Below are positions 52,098-64,000 of a DNA stretch of 64,000 bases, piece after piece; within the stretch, counting starts at the first letter, position 1, and each line of letters starts with the position of its first letter. The notes under the pieces were generated by a model. It was not told the DNA's origin. It was given only the letters and a program-made list of their open reading frames with translations, and searched no databases. A program made the position numbers and the translations under genes. The DNA comes from Trichosphaerium sp. ATCC 40318. Lineage: Eukaryota; Protista; Tubulinea. The stretch lies in NCBI GenBank assembly GCA_038496445.1, contig JALMLS010000420.1:1-64000 (forward strand). Direction: 5' to 3'.

Positions 52098-53045
52098 ATG
52101 GAAAGAAAACGCAAAGCAGCGCAAGACTCCGTGTGTAGCATTATTTCTTTGTTTTTAGCACAGCAAAACAAATGGAACACTCTCATAGCGCGTGGAAATC
52201 GTTTTTGGGATGAGTTTATAGCGGTAAAACGCGATTCTATGTACATTACACCAAATAAATTAGAAATGTACTAACTGCTGCTCAGAGAAGCTCAAGGAAG
52301 TAATTGGGGAGCCTTGGAACAATTTCCGACGGTACAAACAAATGTTTTAGAGAAATTAGTTGAGAAATCCAACTACATTCAATGTCGAATAGAAGCAGTG
52401 CTACGCGACCTGGTGCGTAATCAATATCACAACCCCAATTGAATTTTTTTGGTGTACTTTTGGTAAAAAAACACTTGTCACCAGCAATTGTTGTTTTAAC
52501 TTGGCAAAAGGTAAAGTGTCAGGGTGTCATGGTATCGCAAGTACGTACCATAGTTCAATGACAAATAGACTGAAGCCTTACTTGTTGCTAGATAAATAGA
52601 CTGAAGCCAAAAATTGGATTGCTCGAAACGGTGTTTGGCACTGCACCTGTACTCAAGAACCTATCTGTGCGCGACACCGGTAAGCAACAAATACTGAAAA
52701 GACTTGATTACCTAATTTCTTGTGAACAGTGGACGTACTTGAGCGCCTGAGTGGGATGTATAAACAACAACTGACTGTGAATAAGTTGATTGCAACTGAT
52801 TTGAAACAACGTGCGAAATCTACCCTGTTGCATAAAGACTTGACTTTACTTCCCCTCTACAACGTATTGACATGTTATAGCTTCCCTTGATACGTTAACA
52901 GTATATGCATCTAGCTGGTACGCCTCACAATGTTACGAAGGCAGTCACTGAAGGAGCATTTAGGCGACTTGCACCGATGATTAATGAACAAGAACTTCAC
53001 ATGCTCACTGCCTCCCTCAAGCAGCAGCTCCCACCGCCCAAATAG
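52098..53045 (+). CDS. CINP-like (CDK2-interacting protein) helical protein; start uncertain
   Basis: C-terminal MYKQQLTVNKLIATDL...TLTVYASSWRLAPMINE resembles the CINP signature (YxxEL..K..IA.....L..YLS.W...PY). Confidence 0.5.
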
Positions 53046-53118
53046 TGTGCACGTACGGAGTTATGTTATTATATTATACAACAGGGAAAGGCGCCATCCG
53101 AGGATGCAAGGGGGGGAG

Positions 53119-55403
53119 CTACACTACACAACTTGAGTATTTGGAAATAGATCTTACAGCCATGCTAGAAGCTGTCATCATCTTGTGCTGGCGATTAGTG
53201 GCGCCTGAAGAAAGAATTAGTACTTGTCAGAGCTGGCAACTGAACGAACCAGCATCTTGTTGCTTGTACAGGGAGGGCACCACAGGCTCTATATTATTTG
53301 GTTCGCAATCAAACTGAATAAAGTCTTTAAGCGTTGCTTTGAGTGTATGTACATCGCCTAGATTTATCCAAGTCAGAGAGAGAATCCACACCAACACAGT
53401 AAAAAAGTTGTGAGTATCTATTCATTCCTACCTGGCCACCAGTACGGGATTTGAATGATGCGAATACCGTTGCTCTTGCAATATTCCTCTTTTTCTATAT
53501 CGCGTGCTGAATAAAGAGCCTGCGGGTGACCACGAATTATGTCGTGATAGTGATGCTCGCCTACAAATCCGTTACACTCAACACTAGTTGTTTACAAGTG
53601 AAACTATAGCGACAAACCTTGGTACTCCACTGCAATGCAATGATTTGGTAGGTACATGTCTACCACTATAATATTACCCGTCGTGTAACTGGTGCCGATG
53701 GCATGTTCCTCTAATACGGTCTCTTCTGGAAGGAGATCCTTGATGTGGGAATAAAGCAACCTACCATCCGCGTTACAGCGAGACCACATTGCCACGTTTT
53801 GGCAGGACCCTTTTGCGCACCTTTGTCTCGCTTTTCTAGAGTAACCAACATGATCCCATGTCCACAAAAAGCCTGGTCTGACGAGCTCAATCGCATTTGG
53901 CAGATACTGCAAAATGCCGTTGCCGCCCATTGCTGCTATTTGTTCGTGAGATATCCTATACCTAAGCAATTGCACATAATGGTTTAGCATAACTAGTTGA
54001 CAAACAGCCTTAGCTCTCACCAATCGGTGGGCTCTGAAATATTGTGCTTCTTCTCCACTTTTTTCAAGAACGCCAAGCGATTCACCTTGCTCGTCCAATA
54101 GTCATTGATTCTCAAGCTCCTGTTGGACGCCATGAGGTAGTGATAACATTGACGCCTGCAACGCACAAGAAGTTTTTTCTCTTCCAAGTTTTTTGAGGGT
54201 ACAACGCTGTCAGAAGAGTCACCAAGTTTTTACTCTGTCTTTTTGAAACAAAGAAGAGGTTAACATTGGGTTTATTCTGCGTTTGAGCAATACTGAGACA
54301 ACGCACTTGTTGTACACTGTTGTGCCACCAAAGTGTTTGATATCTTGAAGCTTTACACGATACCAATCATCCAGCGTCTTGTAACCCAGTGCTTCACCAC
54401 CCACGTTGAACATGCGGCGTTGGTTTTCAGTGTCATCCCAAAACCTTTGGGGTGCGCTTCTACAGCACTTTTAATACACAAAATCACACGTGTCTAAGCA
54501 CGTGCACAAATTTCCATGCATCCCACGTTGCTTCAGGATATACAGTGGTGAGTGCCGTGTACAGCGACGAGTTATACCTGGACAGCGGCAAGAACCACCT
54601 TTTGTTAGAAATCGACACTTTAGGACGATGAGCACAAAGGTCATTACTGACCCTTCGATGACGCACCTGGACAAGATACTTGCTCCCCTTGACATCTCCG
54701 TTATGAAGACGTTGTGTGTAACATGATACCAATCGGATAGTACTTTTACACCACGTTTAGCAGCAAACTCTTCGAACCTTGCGCGTTGGTGAGCTATATC
54801 ATCCCAGTACCGCGACGGCGTTGCACTACGTTTCATTAAATCCAAGTGCTACTGGCAAATTATGCTGAGAAGCGTACGCGAACTTCCACTGAGGCCAAGC
54901 GTGCTGAGGATACAATGACTTTAGGAGGGAGGAAAGAGAGCAATTGTATCTATAGCCACAAACAAATGTCAGAATTGGGGAGAGGAGGGAAGATTGGAGA
55001 AGGATGGTGGAGAGCGCGGAATGCCAAACCCTGGCTGGCGACATACCTCTTCGCAAGTCCGCCAGCGCCATGGTGTATGACTTGTTGTATCGTCGTTTTA
55101 CGCCAGTCGTTCAATGTCTTAATCCCAAGCACTTTTCCAATCTCGTTTATCCGCCTTCGCTGGTTGCGCTTTGAGTACCAGTAAAAGTGCGGTGCAGTCC
55201 TACACGAGTTACGTGTCACGTTTAACGGCACGCTATCTCGTCGTTACGTACTCATTTATCCACTTGTGCGGTAAAGCCATGCGTTGTATGTATCTGACGT
55301 TGTTGCTATGGTTTGTTTGGCACTTTTTTGAGCTATGATAGCTAGTACCGAAATAACACCGCGAAATGCCCGAAACAACATAGACATTGAACAACGTTGC
55401 CAT
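53119..55403 (-). CDS. Helical-repeat protein (4 or more repeats of about 75 aa) with C-terminal PD-(D/E)xK/RAP-like domain, possibly mitochondrial
   Basis: Repeats of the form P..YW....NQR.....G..LG.K.L.DWY.V......GG......Y..SL...L...YP...W..WKF. C-terminus VDMYLPNHCIAVEYQGEHHYHD...RDIEKEEYCKSNGIRIIQIPYWW. Confidence 0.8.
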
Positions 55404-55580
55404 CAGCGCGTTTTCCAGTGGTTACATTACAATAACGGTAACAGACACTTCTGGTAGCCTATTCCCTTTGCAAATGTAGTAATGGCACAAAAACCAACTT
55501 TACAGCTTCACGTGTTAATGAGACTCAAAACTTAGCTCAAACGGCTCATAACTTAACAATAGTAGCTTCCAACGCGTACA

Positions 55581-58500
55581 ATGCTAGCCCACCGTGCTGT
55601 ATTGTATACAACGCGCAATTACAGGCATAAACGCAAGTGTCGAACTAGAAATGCCGTAAACCGCCCAAATAAAGCGTAAGCTGGCGCCCAATACACCTTT
55701 TGACAATTGTAGGTGTGTTGTACGTAGACTCTGTACTGCAAAGCCCAAGGACGAAAGCCTCGTTAAATTAGACAAACAGAGCGCATTGAAATTTCTCAAG
55801 AGTTATTTCGTTGATACGGAAGTGCAACCGCCAGTACCAGGACAAGAACCTTCCATTAAACAACTGCACGACTACGAATGGACGGACAACTATGATTGGT
55901 TGCGTACGTCACATTTTGACATGTTGTCAAGTATTTGCAGTGAATAGAATCGTTCAATTTCATCCATGCAACCTGTCACGTGTTCCTCACTGAATGCTAC
56001 ATCGCACTTGCGACTCCACAAAGATTGCACATGTCTGCAGTAACCCCCTTTGTGCAACGTACGTCAGTTCATGAGGGGAGGGGTATTGATGGTTTTGCGA
56101 GTATTTTGAACATGTGTGTTCTTTGACAGGAATTGTTGAAAACAATGAAGATGATTTCTATTCACTGCAACTACAACATTACTGCTGCGACTGTATTGAA
56201 ATACTGTCTCTAGAGGACTTGGAAGCGCCTGCGGTTCGCGAATACTTGACAGCAGAACAAAAGTACATGGTATCACAATTCAAGAAACGAACAGGCAATA
56301 TTGGGCAAGATCTAGTCAGAGAGCTTCTACAGGATCTTCTAGATGGAGACAGAGCCACTGCCGAATTTGCTGAGGGGTACCAATACTATATAACCCACCA
56401 AGATAAAAAACCATTCCCGCTGTACAAGCGACGAACGCCTCAAGGCACCGAGCAAGTACAAACACACCACTCCTCACGTGGACGTGGTCAGTTGCAAGTA
56501 TTTATTGCTGGTAGGTGGTCATAGATCATAACGAGCTTACCACACTCTCGAAAGAGGCCGCAATTAGCGCAATGCGCATGTCATTTGATCACAATATTTT
56601 GGCATACACAGTAGATCTAGATGGCCTGGAGCAACCTCAGCTCCGTTTTAGAGATGTAGAAACGGGATCGGACCTCCCTGTACCGCAGTTTTTTTGTTTT
56701 GGGAATAATAGAAACATGTTAGCTTCATTTCTAACGTATTGTTCCAGGATTTGATTCACAACGTAGCGAGTGTTGAATGGTTTGCAGATGGCAAGCATGT
56801 GGTATACACAAAAAAAGACGATAAGCGTCGTCCCTACTCCGTTTGGAGACACAAGCTAGGTAAAATTTAACATACAAACTCAGAACATGTGCACGCTAAT
56901 CTCGAGCCCAGGAACTCACCCCGAAGAAGACGTGTTGGTCATGACTGAGCCCGACGAGAGGTGTTACTTGGACGTTCTGAGAACCAAAAACAAAGAATTC
57001 GTAACAATCACCGCTAACACCAAGAGCATGTCAGAGGCACACACCACGAAACACTCCAAGCACTGCTTTGTGTGATAACAAAATATTAGGTTCGTGTGCT
57101 TCCTGCAGATAGTCCATTGGGCGATTTCAAAGTGATTCGCGGTCGTCAAGAGAATGTTGAGTATTTTGTTGAACACTCTGGCAAACACTTTTACATAGTC
57201 ACAAACATGGGAGGTGCACACAATTACAAAGTACACTAATCAATTGCTATTGCCATTACTCACACTGCAAAGCTTATTAGAGTCTTGGAAGACGACGTAG
57301 AAGACAGTGATAAATGGATAGAGGTCAGTGCCCGCCAATCATCGTCTTCATTGACAAAAATGTATGCTCACCCTCTCTGCAGGTCGTAAAACACAGACTC
57401 AATGTCAAAATAGAGGACGTTGACGTATTTGCTAACTATGCAGTACTATATGAACGCACCAACGGGATTCCTGGATGTCGAATTGGTCAGATACAAAGCG
57501 ATGGTAGGGTGTCACAGAACCAACAGAACAAACACACCCTGCTACCAGTTACTTTTTAGGTGATATTAAGGATTGGAACGTACTAAGCTTTGGGGATATA
57601 GGGGAATTGTACGCAGGCGCTAACCAGGACTTCAACACGCCAAAAATAAGGTACCTATGCGTCCGCTGCATTTTTTTTGTTGCTATATCTGACTGACATG
57701 ACCAACAAGGCTCAACTTTTCTTCACCAGTAATTCCGGAGAAGGTATACGATTATCACGTTAAAGAGCGCAGATTGGAACTGTTGGAACAAAAATATATT
57801 CGATGTAAGTCACCACACCTTCAGTAATACTGGCTTTTTGTGTTTCTTGACAGATAAGTATACACATGCCCTCTAACCAACTACAAGCGTTGGATGAGAG
57901 TAACTATGTCAATGAACAAATTATGGTGCCTACACCAAGTGTCAATGTCCCATTAACCTTAACATACGATTCCAAACTCAAGTTGGACGGGAGGTAAGCA
58001 ATAGTTCCCTAAAAAAACGATGGGACGAACACTCACAAAGTCCCTGAAAACTAGTGCCCCAACACTGTTGATTGGTTATGGTGCATATGGATCGATGAAC
58101 GAGATTAACTACGACAGCCTACATGTCCCTTTGTTAAAGCGTGGTACGAACAGCCCCTGGCGAAGCAGCTGTATCTATTTTCTTAATGACTGCTGTGTTA
58201 GGTTGGCGCATTGCACGCGCACATGTTAGAGGAGGAGGCGAGCTCGGAGCGAAGTGGCACGAAGCTGGCAAAAAAATGAATAAGAGAAATTCCATGCACG
58301 ACTTTATACACGTTGCTGAGTACTTGATACAGAAGGGATACACCAGCACAAAAATGTAAGTGCGAATCAGTACATTAATCGCGTGTGATTACTGCGACTA
58401 ATTGGATTGTCAAGGTTGGCCGCACACGGTATTAGTGCAGGAGGGTTGCTCATTGGTGTGTAGAACGTTTGTGTTGGACACCAACTTATTTTCTCCTTTT

Positions 58501-59203
58501 ACCTTATTGCCTATTTAGGTGCCACACTTAACATGCGACCAGAGTTGTTTGGTTCTGTACGTCCTACACAAGTTTTGTCGATTTTATCCGGCACTGTGAT
58601 AAACCCCAAGATTTCTGTAACACTACCCTTGTAGGCTGTTTTGGAAGTGCCATTCGTTGATGTCCTTACATCCATGACCGATCCAGATTTGGCACTAACA
58701 GTGCACGAATACGACGAATGGGGTGACCCTTTGAATGATAGCAGTGTTTTTGATTGCATTAGGTACCCCCTACACAAACACCCACTTTGATGTGACTGCA
58801 GGAAAAAAGTCTGACAACACTGGTTTTTTAGGGAATATGACCCTTATGTAAACATCAAACGTGCAAACTACCCACACATGCTTGTCACAGCTTCTACTAT
58901 AGACCACAGAGTCCCCTTCTGGCGTAAGTATTTTTACTAATAAGGTTGCATTATAACATTAGCTAACTCCTTCCGTGCCTACAGAACCTGCTAAATACGT
59001 TGCTAAGCTTAGAGAGAAGAAGACGGACGACAACGTCCTGTTGTTACGCACTAGCTTTTCGCACGGACATTTTGGAACTGCTGGAAAGTACGTCACGTGA
59101 TATATAATTCCAGGCAAAAGTTGATGCAAGTAGGGTATCCATGCAAGCTGAACAAGCTGTCGTCTTATCATTTTTGATAAACACAATACAAGACAAGAAA
59201 TAG
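55581..59203 (+). CDS. Oligopeptidase B / prolyl oligopeptidase (S9A), probably mitochondrial
   Basis: [37 protein letters not shown] (Ser), [35 protein letters not shown] (Asp), HGHFG (His). Arg-rich N-terminus. Confidence 0.93.
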
Positions 59204-59362
59204 GGCGCCCTGCGTAAACTTTGGTTTTTTTTGTTTGTTTTATTTCTTATCAAAAAAGGACAGAGATGGATAAAGTTACAATATCGTAATAACAAAATAG
59301 CAACACCGAATGTATACCAACAATAATAATACTGTAAAAATCAATAAAAAAAATTAGGTGGT

Positions 59363-61478
59363 TCATGATGAGTTGGATGGATAAGCCAATTTACATGGTG
59401 ACAACCCATTTCTACGTTGTACTGGTCCCACAGCACGTTGGGGGGATGGTACTTCCCCTTTTTTCTACAAGAATAAATTAAGGAAGAGCATGAGAGCAAC
59501 GAAACGAAGCAACAACAAAAACTACACCGCTGTTTGTTTTTGTGTGGTAATATAGCGCACCTCCAGCCACGAGCGCCACGCATTTTGTGCTGCCAACACT
59601 TTGGACCTATCCCGTACAAAGATTCTGACATACCTCTCTTCATACACGCAAGGATGCAACAAGCTTATATAAACATTGTCTAATGCGAAGCTCTCTGCGT
59701 GATCACATGAACAAATGAGCAAAAAAGCCGAAAGAAATCTTGAAATAACCATACCTGTGTAGTTGTGCTTGTTCCAAAACTTGACATTTATCAGTGGATT
59801 CTTATCTTTCATTGCTATGCGGAGGTCAAAACCACGTTTTATACTGTAGACTTATATTACCATAATTGAGATAACCTTCCCTTACTATAATATCGCCAGC
59901 TGAAAGACGCACTTTCTGGCTTAGATCCTGTGCAGCTACAATCTCAGCTTCTGGTACTTCCTTTGCAATGACTCAGCGAAAACCGGATCAACGTAGGCCG
60001 CTTATGTACAAACAGCTGGCGCAATGACGAACCTTAGGAAAAGTGGATTTTGGAGGGACAATGTACTCGTCTACCATTTTATACAAGTTGCGCGTCTTGA
60101 TGCCTACACCGCACATTAAACCTCTTTATCGTATACCAGCGATTACCGCTGTAAAACTAACGCTTTAATAGGTTCCTAGCGCGTTCCAAGTCAGGGCTTG
60201 TTGAGAACTCTACAACGTATAAGAACTTACACCAGATGCAAACATGCATGTTATTCATCCCTACACTACAGGGCAGTGCATACCAAAAGGCCAAACAAAA
60301 AAACAAATAGAAAAAAGCCAAGCGCACGCGCACTACGTACCTACTTGCTTCAATATAGTGTCGTCCAACCGCATAAAGTTCTGTGCTTCATCTAGGCAGT
60401 CTGATATGTGCAACTGTGCATCGGCCAACGAAAGAATGTCGGATATCATGAGCTCAACCGCTTTTGCGACGTGATGCGAATACACCGTCTTGTGAAGGTC
60501 ATAGCGCTGACGAAACAGCTGGGTCACAAGATACGAATCTGCTTGGTAGTAACAAATTTGATCGTCAATGACACGTGGGTAATCCAACAAACGATAGAGA
60601 TTTAGTTTCAAGTCCGGGAAATTTAAGCTGTTTTCAGAATGTTGTGTTAGTTTGACGACTTCAAAAAAGAAACTCTTTTGGCAAGTACTTTCTCGCATCA
60701 CGTGCTATGTAATCAAATTTGTCAACATCCACCGAATTGCGAGAGTTTGCAATGATCTCAAACAAGAATTTCTGTGTTGCGTAACCGCACGTGAGTACAC
60801 TAAAATTAAGACAATAATAAAAATAAAAATAAAAATGCCATTTATCAATATGATAATAAAACTGAACGTACTCTATCCCCTATTGGATCACCAGTTATCA
60901 AGTGTTGAACAAAGTTAATGTCGGATTCGGATAAGTCTATAGCGTTGTCTGTGACTAGATAGTTGAACATCATTACGCTCATTTTTTCGTGATGCCATCC
61001 ACCTTTAGGCCTAGCTCTTTTCGCCCAAAACTCAAAAGAGTGAGAAAACGGTCCATGCCCCAAATCGTGGCCTAGAATTAACAACCAGCATCAGACACCA
61101 TTTTTGTAATTCGATCATTGCCAACGCACAAAGCCCTGCAAGCCTCACTAGCTTTATTTCTCTATCAGTTATATTCAGTTCTGGTTGTAGTTCCTGTTAC
61201 AATACTGTCAACGCGCTTTTTGGCAACACCACAAGTAAGACGCTACGTACGCGCAGTCTTAACAGCATTCTTCCGCCCAAATACGCAACACCAATCGAAT
61301 GATCCTTACGCGTATGTGTCGCACCTGGGAACACGTAGTAAGAGCACCCCAGCTGCTTCAAGTCGGCAAGACGCTGAAATTGCGGTGTGTCTATAACTTT
61401 CCAACAATACTCCGGCAGCTCAATGTTACCATGAACTGGATCATGATACGACCTAGGCTTACGAAATACACGCTCCAT
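59363..61478 (-). CDS. SAMHD1-like HD-domain dNTP triphosphohydrolase (no SAM domain)
   Basis: [86 protein letters not shown]. Confidence 0.93.
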
Positions 61479-61765
61479 GTGTCTCAAGGATGTTGTCAAA
61501 ATCGCGTTGTTGTGTTGCTTGTTGTATTATAACTCTATTGCTGTTTTACATACAGTGTAAATTAGATTTAATAAAGGTGTTAAGTGGTACACTCAGATTC
61601 AGATTAAGCCCGTTTTATTAGCCCACGATGCTGTTTTTGTTATTTATAATATCATAATATTATTGCAAGCATTGTTAGTATGTACAAACAAAACACCTAC
61701 ATAATGCATACACAGATATCCTGTTGCAGTGCAAAGAACAAGGAGATTTGGGTTTCTTGGCCAGT

Positions 61766-63005
61766 TTAGTAATACTTGGTGTAGCCCATGTGCTTTTCTC
61801 GTAGGTAGTACGGATCATCCAATACTGTTTGCATACCAGCAGGTGAAAGGTAGAAGTCTGGAGACTCTTCAATCCTTCGTAATTTGCGGTATGGAGCATT
61901 AAAGCGATGGCCCAATTTTAATGGAATACCATAAATATTTGATATCATTATAAAAGAGCAAGTGTTCACAACAGCAACCCATAGCCAAAATCGGGCAGAA
62001 ATGAGGGGTTTGTTCACTATCACAAAATGTCAATAAAAAAAGAGTTCTGAGAAGAAAAAATTGCGTCAAACACTTGAATTGCACCATCAGAAAAAGTTTG
62101 GGCAAATGTAGTGGGGGTATTAGTTTACCACAATTGGAGACAGAAAAGGGACGTACTTCTAGATGAATACCAAAGAAGTGGAGTAAAGGCGAGCCCAGGT
62201 ATGAGGCGCTCGTCTACGGATACTGTGCCCAACAATAAGGTGGTTGTTATCGAGAGAAATCCAATGTATGCAAACCCTCATGATACATGTCAGTTGGGTG
62301 GTGGGTGAGATGTGATTTTTGAATAAAGAAAAATGAAAAAATGAATGTACCGGCCCAAAACATATATTTGTATGTTCTGCCCGCTCGGAACTTGGCTTTA
62401 CTCTGATGCCAGAATCTGTAATACGCCGACCAAAATTGTCCATACGTCCATTTCGGGCGGTACGAGCCTTCTGCTGAGACTGGTGCCATGCCTATTGCTT
62501 TTGTGTATTTGTAAACGTGATATAGTGATCCCACTGTGGCGCCATACCGTGCTGAAATAGCGTTGTAAGTAAGGAGGCTCATGAAAATGGCCATTAAACA
62601 ACTGCAACGTACTGGACCACCACCATATTGTCATGAAGGCCGGAAGCCTTTTTCCTATATCGTCAGCTGAAGTGACAACAGACCAAGTGTAGAGATAGTT
62701 CACTTGTCACATGTAAGCAATTAATTACAGTTTAAGATGCTCTCAGTTTACCTGGGACTTGGTTACGTATCCCTGTGCCTCGCGGTACGGGTCGTTCAAA
62801 TTGTACTTCATGTGGTGCCTGCTCAATTCGCTCTGCGCGTATTTTATCCCGTGATTTGAATAGTGGGTACGTTGGCAGGTCATCTGGCCGACCACCAACA
62901 CTAATGACATGGGGATCCAACAAAGGGTTATTATAAGGAGCTACAAAGCATCGTCAGTCTAAATCTTAAGTGAAAGGCGTTTCTGAGGTTTGTACCGTTC
63001 TCCAT
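61766..63005 (-). CDS. Hypothetical multi-exon membrane protein
   Basis: Exons join in phase from ATG 63005 (MENAPYNNPLLDP...) through aromatic and hydrophobic segments to ...KHMGYTKYY*. No family recognised. Confidence 0.55.
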
Positions 63006-63172
63006 TGCGAAGGTGAGGTGAATTCACCAACGAAACCAGCTAGTACTTTATACACGCGTTTGTACGCGACGAGAACCCCTGGTGACTCCAACCTAGATCG
63101 TATAGGCCAGTCAAATAAAGTACCTCCGCAGGAAAACTAAATAATTTTGCAGTTGAAAAAAACCTTACCAAA

Positions 63173-64000
63173 ATGGAGGACGAACTCGCAAAGCTCCCTG
63201 ATCTTGACCTAGCGCAAGCGTGGTTTATTTTGACACTCCCTGATCACCCAGATGCTGAGAAGTCAAAAACCAAACTACTAACTGCAATTAAAACGGATAG
63301 TGCGTATTTAGTGTAGGTGTAGATAATTAACGCGAATAGATATGTCAGCATTGTATTTAGATGTCTGTGAACAGTTAAAATTTCCTGTCGACAAAGATTT
63401 AGTTGAAACGATGCAAAAAGCTAATACAGACAAAATAAAAGCGTTGGATGATAAAATAGAGGATGCAGAGAAGAATCTAGGTGAAACTGAAGTGCGTGAA
63501 GCTCTTTTAGAGAAAGCTGAGTATTATTGCTTGATTGGCAACAAAGTACGTACTTTTACAAGTAAACCCGGCTTTTGTAACGCGACCTGTTCAGAAAGAA
63601 GCCGAAAATTGGTTTCGAGTCACAGCAGAGAAAACCGTTGGGATTGGCGGCCGCATTGACATTGTGTTGACATTGATACGCATGGGTTTGTTCTACAATG
63701 ACAACGATTTAATCACGAGGAATATTGCAAAAGCTAGAGAGTACGTACTGGAGGCGTGCAAAGTGCCGAAGGTTGCGCAGCGCTCTGTATTAATCATAGC
63801 AAACTAATAATTATTAATCAAAACAAAACCTTGGCTCTTTGTAACAATATTTTACCACTTCTTATTTGTATTCTAGTCTTATCGAAGAAGGAGGTGATTG
63901 GGATCGCCGCAACAGATTGAAGGTGTACGAGGCCTATTACATGTTATCCACGCGCAACTTTAAGGATGCTTCAACACTCCTACTCGAAACAATGGCCACA
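63173..64000 (+). CDS. PSMD6: 26S proteasome lid subunit Rpn7/PSMD6, 5' part
   Basis: [65 protein letters not shown]. Confidence 0.96.

Overview
Gene-dense, intron-rich eukaryotic DNA (about 40% GC, standard genetic code). Most introns are 40-60 nt with GTACGT-type donors. Gene content and splice signals suggest an amoebozoan-like protist, which is an inference. By joining exons by eye I can reconstruct about 27 genes, mostly alternating head-to-head and tail-to-tail with very short spacers: an LRR protein, an NCL-type Na+/Ca2+ exchanger, aquaporin, a 3xRRM protein, ALDH3, a MYND-USP, a CBS protein, SENP/Ulp1, a DUSP, a CLU-LRR protein, MON1, nurim, RPA43, BUB2, RSL1D1, a giant class-C GPCR, an Aralar-like carrier, a CINP-like protein, a helical-repeat nuclease-fold protein, oligopeptidase B, a SAMHD1-like protein and RPN7. 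One gene-free, CpG-eroded island of about 7 kb (41.45-48.56 kb) holds nested LINE fragments with TSDs and nested CAGT-terminated non-autonomous DNA transposons. The best novelty candidate is a small ubiquitin/SUMO-like protein (26933-27367) whose C-terminal di-glycine lies inside an exact histone H3(7-17) tail copy, ARKSTGGKAPR. Other highlights are two U12 minor introns, frequent GC-AG introns, a long intronic hairpin (pre-miRNA candidate) and two convergent genes with overlapping stop codons. CDS coordinates span first to last coding base including introns. All gene models were made by eye and not checked against databases.
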